From: a virus
Lineage: Duplodnaviria; Caudoviricetes
Virus record (IMG/VR): IMGVR_UViG_3300030330_005435
Span: 1 to 64,000 of that record
Reading direction: 5' to 3' (one strand)
DNA length: 64,000 nucleotides
The translations under genes and the position numbers were made by a program. How positions within the stretch are numbered: position 1 is the stretch's first letter; each line of letters starts with the position of its first letter. Of the stretch, positions 43,018-52,065 are shown piece by piece. A model generated the notes under the pieces. That model was not told the DNA's origin. It did no database searches and saw only the letters and a program-made list of their open reading frames with translations.

Positions 43018-45993
43018 TTAGTCTTCAAATGATGCGCCTGTTGAAGCAATTACGAAGTCAATCGCAATGTACTCGATAGCGCGTGCTGGCTTAACCATAA
43101 TCTTAGCATACATAATGTTTTGATCAATTAAGTCAGGGGTCGTTGTAGTTTCATCGAGAATAAGTTTATAATCGGTGATACCGTACTGTGTTTTTACCGT
43201 TGAAAGGAATGGCTCGACAAGTCCCTTGAAGCGATTCCACGTGGTTTGTACATTTTGTTCGAAAAGAACTTGAGTTGAAAGAATCGAGATTTGCTTCTTT
43301 AGGAAGATAACAAGTCTACGAACATTAATTCTATCAAGCGCCGACGCTCTTTCTTGGAGTGTTTTCTGTCCAAATACCACAAGTCCAGTAGACGGGAATG
43401 AGGCGATTGGATTAATCTTTGCTTCATAAAGAACATCTCTATCTTTCGAAGTAAGTCTTTCAGTCACGTTTGTGATTGGTATACCTGCCGCACCATCGGA
43501 TAAACCACCGCGGTTAAATCCTGCTGGAGCGAACCAAAGGTGCGAACGCGCTTGCGAGGACGCAAGTACACCCATCATTGCAACACTTGGCGGGATCCAA
43601 ACTAGTTGACTGGTTGGTTCATCAAGTGTTTGCACCCATGGGTAGAATGTGGCACCGTATGATGTGTCAAGTCTTCTATTCTTGAGAGCATTGGCAACGG
43701 CTTCTGCGCCAGCACCTAGACGGCCCGAGAATGTAGAACTATATGACTCATGATTAGGAGTATAAATTCCTGCCAAGTCTACAAGCGACATAGCGTCACC
43801 TCTATCTTCGCAAACGTTTGTCATGTGTACCGTAAGTGCATCAGAAGTAAGCCCTGGCATAGTCAGCAAGTTCATGTCGACTGATTCAGGGTCCGCAACT
43901 GTATCAATTGCTCTTCGGACTGTAAAGAATGCTGAACTGTTTCTTTCGGTTTTTGTTGAGTCCATCAGAGAACTTGCGAATGGGTCGGGCTTCATAACAT
44001 CTAAACCATCAAACCCGCCAAAGAACGGGGCAGTAAATCGGTTAACGCGCTGATCAAGCAATCTTTCGTAAGATGCAGAGCTATAGGAGTCTCCTTCCTT
44101 GTGCGAACCTGATTCATAATAGAATAAATGGTTAGCGCCGCTTTCTTCTGCCCTGATATCGTTAAGAGTAAAGATATAAGAGAAACCTTGCACGCCGTCA
44201 ACAGCTGTTACGGTATTATCAACAGTTTGTGCCATTCTAGAATCTAAAAGGCGATGCATATCAGCGACAGAATCGTCATGACGTGTCGTATCTTTAGACC
44301 TTGTGTTCATAAATCCGTAATATGCATTTTTCTGATCTGACAAGCCGCCGTCAGAGCCACTAACTCTAAGTCTGTCAATTGGAAATTCAAACGAAGCGTT
44401 AATTCGAGGCGCCTCGACACCAAGCGCATCACCTATCGACATGAATGGGAATGCATTTCGGAACTTCTCGCCGCGAGTTGCTTCGAGCAACGCATCGCCT
44501 GTGGTTTTTGAAGGCGTTCCGAAGGCGCCTGAAGGCAATCTCACCATAGAAGTGGCTGGCACGGTGCAGCAAGAGCCGCCTGCAGAGTTGGAAATAAAGT
44601 TCACGCTTCTGTAGCGTGGAGGACCATAATAACCGAATGGTATGAGTTTTGTGTTGGTTGCCCCAGCTTCAACTTCAGTGTTCATATCAACGTAAACATA
44701 TTTAGACATATTTGGATATGAACCGTATCTTCTGAGTTTGCGCTCTTGATTGTTCCACTCATGATAAGTATCACCAATTTTTCTGGCAACATAGTTAGGG
44801 GAAGCAGGGTTCAAGTTACAATTGTCAAAACGTTCCAGAACAATAACTCTATTATCTGTATCTTGAAGTTGTCGAATCACAACAGAGAACGTTCCAAAAT
44901 CATCAGTTGTAGAGGTCGATTGTCTAATTTTTTCAATCGAAACTTTGCAGTTTTTCTGCAACCATTCTCCGTGGCCGCGGCCAATAAGACGGAAAAGCTT
45001 TTGTGCATCTTCTGCAACATAAGTGCTTGGATCGCCGCTTAAATCTTGACCGATAAACCAGCCTGCTCTTGCTTCTTGCGACGGCAAACGCCTTGCATGT
45101 GGGCCTGTGGTTATTGATGATGATAATGCTAACGGATAAATAACCCCTAAAGCAGCCGCATCAACCAAGTTTTTATCTCGTAAGGTTAACTCATAAGATT
45201 CGCCCAGCCAGTATGGTTTGTGAGCCGTAGAATCGTAATAAGTGCCAGCATCACTTGTTAATGCAGGGTTGGTATTAAATTTGTCTCTAATAAAAGAGTC
45301 TTTGTTATCGTTGAAACCAAACTTAATAGTTTCATCATAAGTTCCGCCCGAAGACTTAATATTAACTGTGAACAAATTGTTGGAGTCAGTTTTTAAAAGC
45401 ATTCCAATGCCGCTGTTATCTGCGGTACCGCTGCCGGCGAGGAAGGATCTGTCAGACCAGTAAGCGCCTGAAAGTTGAACTTGCGCGCCTGAATTACAAT
45501 ACCAAACGGCTGCTAATGATCCCGTTCCTGGAGTTGTTGCCGACTCAGAAACATAAGTGGAATTTGGGAACACGAACAGACCAAATGCGCCACCTTGCGA
45601 AGCAACAGCAGCAGCATCAGCGGTATTTGAAGTGTCCCAGCCCGCTTTGCCTGCGGTCTCTGCCTGTGGGTGTTCTGCTCCCAACAATCTAATGTAGGTA
45701 AGAGGGGCTACATTAGCTGCTAAGAAAGCTTTTGATGCGTATGTACCATACATTGGTGAGTTGAAGTTACCTCTTCTGGTAACATCGCCACCTTGATTAC
45801 CTGGCACTGTGTCTCCGAATACTTCTACAAATTCAGAATAAGACTGAACTTTAATCGGCTGCAAAGCCAATCCTCTTGTGGCGCGGCCAATTACAACTGG
45901 GCCGATTGCTTCCGAAGAGCGTGGACGAAATGAATTATCAATTTCATTAATGAACACTCCAGGAGATACGAACTTAAAACTTTTTACTGACAT
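43018..45993 (-). CDS. Contractile tail sheath protein (gp18-like), 991 aa
   Basis: FVSPGVFINEID, YGATFYPWV, WFAPAGFNRG, INPIASFP, VFGQKTLQ, LDRINVRRL, KPARAIEYI.IDF. Confidence 0.95.
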   Translation of the reverse strand: MSVKSFKFVSPGVFINEIDNSFRPRSSEAIGPVVIGRATRGLALQPIKVQSYSEFVEVFGDTVPGNQGGDVTRRGNFNSPMYGTYASKAFLAANVAPLTYIRLLGAEHPQAETAGKAGWDTSNTADAAAVASQGGAFGLFVFPNSTYVSESATTPGTGSLAAVWYCNSGAQVQLSGAYWSDRSFLAGSGTADNSGIGMLLKTDSNNLFTVNIKSSGGTYDETIKFGFNDNKDSFIRDKFNTNPALTSDAGTYYDSTAHKPYWLGESYELTLRDKNLVDAAALGVIYPLALSSSITTGPHARRLPSQEARAGWFIGQDLSGDPSTYVAEDAQKLFRLIGRGHGEWLQKNCKVSIEKIRQSTSTTDDFGTFSVVIRQLQDTDNRVIVLERFDNCNLNPASPNYVARKIGDTYHEWNNQERKLRRYGSYPNMSKYVYVDMNTEVEAGATNTKLIPFGYYGPPRYRSVNFISNSAGGSCCTVPATSMVRLPSGAFGTPSKTTGDALLEATRGEKFRNAFPFMSIGDALGVEAPRINASFEFPIDRLRVSGSDGGLSDQKNAYYGFMNTRSKDTTRHDDSVADMHRLLDSRMAQTVDNTVTAVDGVQGFSYIFTLNDIRAEESGANHLFYYESGSHKEGDSYSSASYERLLDQRVNRFTAPFFGGFDGLDVMKPDPFASSLMDSTKTERNSSAFFTVRRAIDTVADPESVDMNLLTMPGLTSDALTVHMTNVCEDRGDAMSLVDLAGIYTPNHESYSSTFSGRLGAGAEAVANALKNRRLDTSYGATFYPWVQTLDEPTSQLVWIPPSVAMMGVLASSQARSHLWFAPAGFNRGGLSDGAAGIPITNVTERLTSKDRDVLYEAKINPIASFPSTGLVVFGQKTLQERASALDRINVRRLVIFLKKQISILSTQVLFEQNVQTTWNRFKGLVEPFLSTVKTQYGITDYKLILDETTTTPDLIDQNIMYAKIMVKPARAIEYIAIDFVIASTGASFED

Positions 45994-46046
45994 GTTGTGA
46001 AACCCTCTTTACAATTTTGTATTAATTGATGTCCTCAATCATACTT

Positions 46047-46054
46047 TAAATAGT
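46047..46054 (-). promoter_or_regulatory. Representative copy of putative late promoter motif ACTATTTA (upstream of sheath gene)
   Basis: CTA(T/C/A)TTA recurs in about 17 intergenic positions upstream of virion genes (see findings). Confidence 0.7.
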
Positions 46055-46118
46055 ATTTTGGTTTTCAAAAGGATATTCAGAAACCAAGAAAAACACCATA
46101 TCATGTCCTGAAGTGTTT

Positions 46119-46985
46119 TTAAAAGTCTATTAAGCCACTTGGTAGCGTCGTTTCGGTGGGAAAGATGTATTCAACTGTATTTTCGTCAACTCGTACAATT
46201 GGTCGATCATCGTTAGGGCCCTCACCTATTAAGTACCCTAAAACTCTTATAGAAATCTCGGTATTAAACTCTCTTAAATCCTCATTAAGATTACTTAAGT
46301 TGTTGTTATGAGTAAAGTTTTGGTCAATAAAAACTTCATAAATGTGACCATTACGATTCAAAACAAAAGCGTTAATTTGGCCTGTTCTGGCTATAAATGG
46401 TGTTAAAAGCTCATTCATACTTTGTTGATATTCAGTTTTAAGTTTGATCTTATATTGTACATTAACATAAACAGGAATTGGTACAGACAACGTTCTAATG
46501 ACTATTTTTTTGTTATTTCCTGGGAAAAATTGCTGTCTTTTACCGCGAGTATTGGTTCTAGTTCCTGAAGCGATTGCAAAATTTTGAGTTTTATCAGGAA
46601 CTATTTGTTTTGCAATAACAAAGCGTCCAGATCTGCCGTTTTTATCAACCGAAAATGTGTGCGCTTGAAATGACCCTTTTTGTTCAGGATTTTTAACTAT
46701 ATTTGTTCTTTCAATGCTTATTAAAGGTAACTTTAAGGTATTATTTTCATCACGCAAGTTTTTTTCATTCTTAATCTGGTACGCTCTTTCGGGTACTTGC
46801 CAAAGAACAGGCACTTGTACACGACCCTCGTTAGTATTACAAAATAAATTTAGGTCTTTTTTTAACCACGAAGTAATTGTATAATCTATATCTTCGATAG
46901 TCGACGAATACATTCCAATCTCTTTAAGAGTAAATTCACTTGAACCTTCAGGTAATAACGCAAAATCAAAATTATCAGGAAGCAT
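46119..46985 (-). CDS. Tail terminator / completion protein (gp15-like)
   Basis: TIEDID, VPV.W..PER, LPLISIER, PVYVNVQY; position between neck and sheath genes. Confidence 0.7.
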   Translation of the reverse strand: MLPDNFDFALLPEGSSEFTLKEIGMYSSTIEDIDYTITSWLKKDLNLFCNTNEGRVQVPVLWQVPERAYQIKNEKNLRDENNTLKLPLISIERTNIVKNPEQKGSFQAHTFSVDKNGRSGRFVIAKQIVPDKTQNFAIASGTRTNTRGKRQQFFPGNNKKIVIRTLSVPIPVYVNVQYKIKLKTEYQQSMNELLTPFIARTGQINAFVLNRNGHIYEVFIDQNFTHNNNLSNLNEDLREFNTEISIRVLGYLIGEGPNDDRPIVRVDENTVEYIFPTETTLPSGLIDF

Positions 46986-47463
46986 CGAAAAGGCCCTTTC
47001 TTGCGCGCTTGCAAGTTGCAGAAATCTCAAAAGTTTGATCAACTTGACCAAAAAGCTTGCGAGGTTGAGATAGTTTTACAATCTCATAGTAAATATCGCC
47101 ATAAAGAACAAAATCACCTTCTCTAACAAATACATCTTGATCTTGCTCCAAACGACGCTTATGAAAGTTAACCGTTATTTGAGAAATCTTATCAATCCCA
47201 AACCCTTCTAAGTAATTTGTAGACTCATCATCAAACTTAACCAGAGCATACACACGAATTGGAGGCAAAAAAGTTTTTTGAATTGCCTCGCCGTACATAT
47301 TATGAAAATTCGTTGTTTGCATATCAATTGGATAATACAATATTTGCTGACCAATGACTTTTTCTACAAGCTCGTCATTGACTTGTTTTACTAAGTCACG
47401 CTCTTTTTTACCTAAAAAAAGCGGTGGTGGCGGTGCATCTGGTTTTTTCCATTCATCACCCAT
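46975..47463 (-). CDS. Neck / head-closure protein (gp14-like)
   Basis: ELVEKVIGQQILYY, NMYGEA, F.PP, EGDFV.YG..YYEI. Confidence 0.75.
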   Translation of the reverse strand: MGDEWKKPDAPPPPLFLGKKERDLVKQVNDELVEKVIGQQILYYPIDMQTTNFHNMYGEAIQKTFLPPIRVYALVKFDDESTNYLEGFGIDKISQITVNFHKRRLEQDQDVFVREGDFVLYGDIYYEIVKLSQPRKLFGQVDQTFEISATCKRARKGLFDAS

Positions 47464-47468
47464 TTATA

Positions 47469-48740
47469 TTACCCCACATAAATTCCAAGAGGACTAATTT
47501 TAAGAACGTTGGTAGCTGCATCGGAAAGTTCTTGATCTTTCTTAGCCAATTCAGGGTATTCGACCTCTTTAAGTAATTCGGTAAGCTTTTCTCTAAGCTG
47601 TTGCTGTTCTTCTTTAGCCTGTGAAAGAAGTTCTGAGTGATTTAGTGTCACACTTTCGCCAGGTATCGGCATTGTAGTAAATTTACCTCTAATTTGGCCC
47701 AACATTTCTTTACAAAGTGCAAGAGAGTATTTTCTTATCCACTGCATACCCATCGAATTAATGTTCTTAAACGGAAGATTGTCGAATGGCACTGTGTTAA
47801 TATTGTTTACACCCTCAACGCCAGAATTGTACGAACCAGTTTCAAATGGCTGTTGATCGATATAAAACTTAAACCATATTTCATCTGCGAGATGATCAAA
47901 GCCAAAATTAGATGGTGTTGGAAATAGTCTTAAATTGTTGTCGATTAGCTCATACGAATAATGAGATGTTCTAGTATATATTGAATCTTCATACATTATA
48001 GCTTGCATTTTGTTTTGCCAAGTAGGAATTACCTCAAATGTAGAATCATCAGCAAACTGACCGTATGTCGAGTAGTTTCCAACGACACCTACACCTCCAT
48101 AATACCCATAAAAGCGCCACATGGCCCTTGGAGAGCGGAAATAAACTTTTGTGACACGCAATTTAGTATTATTAATTAAGCCAGAATACGGAACAGCACG
48201 GTTCTCTTGGTCAACACCTGATTCAGACGCACTTTGTATAATACTTTGCAAATTATAATCTTGCACATCTTCCAATATTTTAAATGAACCCGAATAATGC
48301 GGTGTTGTACCACCGAATCCTGCTGCGCTAGCTGCGCCGTCACCTACACGTTGTGAATATCCAAGACTAAATCTTGGATATTTAATATTGCTACCACTCG
48401 GCCCTGTTTTGAGATCACCTTTGTGATTAAATGTGCCCGTTGGTGAACCTAAAACAGTTGATAAAACATTTTTGGCCTGGTGCATGTTAACAATGTAAGA
48501 ATACTCTAAAACTGCTTCTTCATATGAAGCATATACATTGTCAGCCGTAATTTCAATATCAACAACATCACCACCTAGCTTTTTGTAAACATATGCAACC
48601 TGTGCCGCGGCGCCGGTTACAAAACGGTTTGAACTTTTATAAGTGCCAATCGGCAAAGCTGATTCAACATCATCCGTGCTTCCCGTGGCTGTTAATACTA
48701 TTGCGCTTGTTTGTGATTTTGGATTAAGATTAGCTGGCAT
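47469..48740 (-). CDS. Neck / head-tail adaptor (gp13-like)
   Basis: KKLGG.VVDIE, WIRKYSLALCKEMLGQIRGKF..MPIPG..VTLN..LL..AKEE. Confidence 0.8.
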   Translation of the reverse strand: MPANLNPKSQTSAIVLTATGSTDDVESALPIGTYKSSNRFVTGAAAQVAYVYKKLGGDVVDIEITADNVYASYEEAVLEYSYIVNMHQAKNVLSTVLGSPTGTFNHKGDLKTGPSGSNIKYPRFSLGYSQRVGDGAASAAGFGGTTPHYSGSFKILEDVQDYNLQSIIQSASESGVDQENRAVPYSGLINNTKLRVTKVYFRSPRAMWRFYGYYGGVGVVGNYSTYGQFADDSTFEVIPTWQNKMQAIMYEDSIYTRTSHYSYELIDNNLRLFPTPSNFGFDHLADEIWFKFYIDQQPFETGSYNSGVEGVNNINTVPFDNLPFKNINSMGMQWIRKYSLALCKEMLGQIRGKFTTMPIPGESVTLNHSELLSQAKEEQQQLREKLTELLKEVEYPELAKKDQELSDAATNVLKISPLGIYVG

Positions 48741-48800
48741 ATGTGAAAACCCTCACATTAAATAGTAAAGAGGGTCACAAAACTCAATGCTGTATATCGT

Positions 48801-49139
48801 TTATTTTTTGGTGCTAGTATTGGTAGTGCTCTTTTTTGTTTTTGTTTTGCTATTGGTGCGCTTAACAGATGAGCGTTTTTTGGCCGTAGGCGTGGTTTTC
48901 TTGCTTTTAGTGGCCTGAACTGAAGTTGTGGTCACAGCATCGGTCTCAACGGTATCTTCAATTGCTTGCTTCGTTTCAACTGGCTGTTCGATTGTTGTTT
49001 TAATTACTTGTGTCGCTTCTTCTATAATTGTATCGTCAGTGGCTGTTGTTTGATTTCGAACCGCTGCCAAACGCGGATGATTAGAATGTTTAGCTGCAAA
49101 TTTAGCGCCTGATGATGTTAATCTTCGTTTTCTACCCAT
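48801..49139 (-). CDS. Lys/Thr-rich basic hypothetical protein
   Basis: AGGAG RBS, late motif at 49165; K/T-rich C-terminal tail. Confidence 0.65.
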   Translation of the reverse strand: MGRKRRLTSSGAKFAAKHSNHPRLAAVRNQTTATDDTIIEEATQVIKTTIEQPVETKQAIEDTVETDAVTTTSVQATKSKKTTPTAKKRSSVKRTNSKTKTKKSTTNTSTKK

Positions 49140-49262
49140 GATAACTCCTATTGTGGTATGTATGTAAATAGTTCAAAAAGTAAAAAACGAAAATCTCAAA
49201 AAATTGGCGGCGAAAAATTTTGGGAAATCGCCATTTTTGCTTTTTTGCTTGAAATAGCAAAA

Positions 49263-50645
49263 TTATATCGGTAAGTAACGATTGATTGCAAAGCAGTGTA
49301 CTTTTGTGTTGCCAGTTCCATCAGTGTCGTCTGGGAATCCGTTTATCACCTTAACCCAGCCCGCAGAACCGCCTGAACCTGTGTGGGCTCCATTAAACTG
49401 ATTTTCGCAAATGCTGCCTTTTGGATCGCCATCGGCTGAAACATACCAATTGCCTTCACCGTCCGTACCAACGTCATTGAGGTTGCCGTTTACGTGTTCA
49501 CCGTTGCCGACGTCAGTTCTTGGTGTAACAATTATCAATCTGTCAGCCAATGCTGACGCCGAGCCATCAACATCGGCAAACATCATAGTTTCAGTATCGT
49601 GGAAAGCAACCCTGCCATTGGCGGCGACAGCTTTGTTTGTTGATGCAGCATTCATAATTGGGCTACCACTGGCGTCAGGGTATCTTCCGACACCCGCGCC
49701 AGATAATAAGACTTCTGTTCCCCAGCCTGCTTCACCATCGCTTGATGCAAATGTTGATGTGTTGCTTCCTGGGGCAGCGCGGGCATGTATACGACCATCG
49801 GCGGGATCACTATCACCTTTTCTATATAGACATACGAGAGTGTCATTGGTATAAACTAAATCTTGTATGTTTCCATTAGTGTATGCTCCAAAGGTGATAT
49901 CAAAAGTACACTGCAGGGACCACGTTAGTCCATTGTCTGAAGATTTATACAATTTATCTACCACACCAAACCACCAATTACCATTGCCATCTGTGGTTAG
50001 AGCAGTACAACTTCGATTACCTGTGGGCATCTCAGAAAGAGTGTCGATTATGACGGGATCCCATGTGGCGCCGTCTACGGAACGAAAAATATACTTTTTT
50101 GTTTTTAGATCGCCAATACTCATCCACACATTATTGCCCCAAGCAACCGTAAGTTGTTTCACTTGTGTCTGGGGTCTAGCCGACGAAGTGAATGCGCTGC
50201 CAGTAGGATCTGCCCATTGACGGAAAGAGATTTGATTTGATCCGACGCCGCGGGAGCCTGAAACAAAATTTGCATCAGTTATTCGGTGTAGACTTTGTGT
50301 GTCTGCACCAGTTTTAAGAACCCACATTGGGTTACCGCTGCCATCCTTTCCGTATGCAATTTCTGAAATAGCTTTTCCAGAACCTGCAAATGGTCCAAAT
50401 GGTTTTCTGATATCCGATGTGTCAGCATACCAAGCGCTTTTACTGCTTACGGAACCTGAAGCCGCCCAAGATAAATCGTAATCATCTAAACCAACATACA
50501 TTCTCGACCAAGCAGTACTCGCGCTGCCTCCGCCACCTGTACAATATTCAAGACCATTTATTGTGTTAATGCTTCCTTTAGTAGTGTCATTAACTAAAGT
50601 TATGCTGGTGCATGAAACACCATTATATGAAGAATATTTTGCCAT
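49263..50645 (-). CDS. Virion protein with Asp-box (BNR) repeats, probable beta-propeller
   Basis: IFRSVDGATW and LYKSSDNGLTW Asp-boxes; Gly/Ser/Thr-rich. Confidence 0.6.
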   Translation of the reverse strand: MAKYSSYNGVSCTSITLVNDTTKGSINTINGLEYCTGGGGSASTAWSRMYVGLDDYDLSWAASGSVSSKSAWYADTSDIRKPFGPFAGSGKAISEIAYGKDGSGNPMWVLKTGADTQSLHRITDANFVSGSRGVGSNQISFRQWADPTGSAFTSSARPQTQVKQLTVAWGNNVWMSIGDLKTKKYIFRSVDGATWDPVIIDTLSEMPTGNRSCTALTTDGNGNWWFGVVDKLYKSSDNGLTWSLQCTFDITFGAYTNGNIQDLVYTNDTLVCLYRKGDSDPADGRIHARAAPGSNTSTFASSDGEAGWGTEVLLSGAGVGRYPDASGSPIMNAASTNKAVAANGRVAFHDTETMMFADVDGSASALADRLIIVTPRTDVGNGEHVNGNLNDVGTDGEGNWYVSADGDPKGSICENQFNGAHTGSGGSAGWVKVINGFPDDTDGTGNTKVHCFAINRYLPI

Positions 50646-51151
50646 TATTCTATTACCATGTAATCAGGGCTTGGATTGAAATAAATAACGTTTTGTGTCG
50701 TTGAACAATTGCCAAGCACTCTTAAAATTTCTCCACTACCCGATGGTTTTGCTGTGGTAATACCACCGCTTGCTGTCAAATACACAGTTGCGCCTGCTGT
50801 AAACGTACCAGTAAGTTGTGTGGCGTAATCAAAAAAACCGCGCACAAGCATGCCATCACGCGACGGCAACGTACCCATAGCTGTTGCCAGCATACCTAAA
50901 CCTCCAGAAACTTCGGCTGTAATTGAAGTTTCAAGCCAACTTGAGCCGCTGTGCAGGTAGTATGTCTTTCCTGCTGTAGTCGTGCCACTACCAAATGTAA
51001 CTATTTCGCCGCGACCTCTATTGTTCTCCATTGCGCTTAAATAATAATCAACTTTCACATCACTAAAAATAGTTCCATTCATGTCTATTCTTCTTTTTAA
51101 TTGTTCGAGAAGCGTTTGAAAACGATCAAGCCCGATCCTTTTATATCCCAT
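50645..51151 (-). CDS. Virion structural protein (decoration/cement-like)
   Basis: AGGAG RBS before MGYKRIG; 'AG.T.YL..SG.IT..KP.GSG....LG' cement-like pattern. Confidence 0.6.
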   Translation of the reverse strand: MGYKRIGLDRFQTLLEQLKRRIDMNGTIFSDVKVDYYLSAMENNRGRGEIVTFGSGTTTAGKTYYLHSGSSWLETSITAEVSGGLGMLATAMGTLPSRDGMLVRGFFDYATQLTGTFTAGATVYLTASGGITTAKPSGSGEILRVLGNCSTTQNVIYFNPSPDYMVIE

Positions 51152-51269
51152 GAGTATTTTCTCCTGTATATTTAAGTAGTCTACACAAATACAACCGTAG
51201 TTCACAAAAAACAACGTTTTTCATACTAACATTTTATGGTGCTCTTTTTTATTCATACCTTAAATAGTT

Positions 51270-51294
51270 AAAAACCCCCTTCCGAAGAAGGGGG
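51270..51294 (-). terminator. Intrinsic terminator with UUCG loop
   Basis: CCCCCTTC-TTCG-GAAGGGGG + T5 on the minus strand. Confidence 0.85.
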
Positions 51295-51331
51295 AAAATC
51301 ACAAGATTAATTTATAAAGTAAACTTTATTA

Positions 51332-51892
51332 TTAGAGCGTAGCCGCTAAGACATACTGTACACCTGAGCCAGCAGCGTCAGCGACACAGTCTTTTGCATC
51401 TTGCGGGTGAACAATTTTGAGATACCAATCAGTTCCATCACAAAGAGCGCTAATTTGAGTACCGAATACGGTCTTCACATTAGTTGCATCGATAGTAATT
51501 TTGCTCGTCGAATTCAATGTTTCCTGAATACCAACAGCACCGTTGTTGCAGACAATTGCACCTTCAAAATCAGAATCATTACCTGTGGTTTGAAGAACAA
51601 TGTCTGCATCTGCATTTACCTGATCGTTAACAATTAAAAAATCAAAGGACAAGCCGGCCTGTGGCGATGGCATTGTCACCGTAATTGTTGTAGCAGTATT
51701 TGTAGATGGATCAAGTGTAATGAATGCACCCGATTCATTAGCCAAAAGTGATCTGGCTGTTGTCGACGCATTTGTCAAGGTAATTGCCTTTCTTTTTGTA
51801 CCGACAACCGTTGAGCCTTGCATAGCTAGCTCTCTTTTTAAATTTTCCATTAAGGCTTCCATTCTTGCAAGCCCTATTCTTTTACTTCCCAT
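51332..51892 (-). CDS. Capsid-associated decoration-like protein directly after MCP
   Basis: Position; N-terminus shared with the 50645-51151 protein; beta-rich C-domain. Confidence 0.6.
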   Translation of the reverse strand: MGSKRIGLARMEALMENLKRELAMQGSTVVGTKRKAITLTNASTTARSLLANESGAFITLDPSTNTATTITVTMPSPQAGLSFDFLIVNDQVNADADIVLQTTGNDSDFEGAIVCNNGAVGIQETLNSTSKITIDATNVKTVFGTQISALCDGTDWYLKIVHPQDAKDCVADAAGSGVQYVLAATL

Positions 51893-51981
51893 GTTTAAAA
51901 CCCTCCATTTGTAATCATGTCAAAAACACAATAGGAAAGACTACTATTATAGCCTTACCCATAAATAGTTTCCTTTAAAAC

Positions 51982-52015
51982 AAAGACCCCCGCCTTTTTC
52001 AAGGCGAGGGTTTTG
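51982..52015 (-). terminator. Terminator after major capsid gene
   Basis: AAAACCCTCGCCTT / AAGGCGGGGGTCTT stem, T-rich tail. Confidence 0.75.
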
Positions 52016-52065
52016 TGTTTAGTTTTGCTTAGGTTTTGTTTCCTAGTGTTAACAAAAGTTAACTA

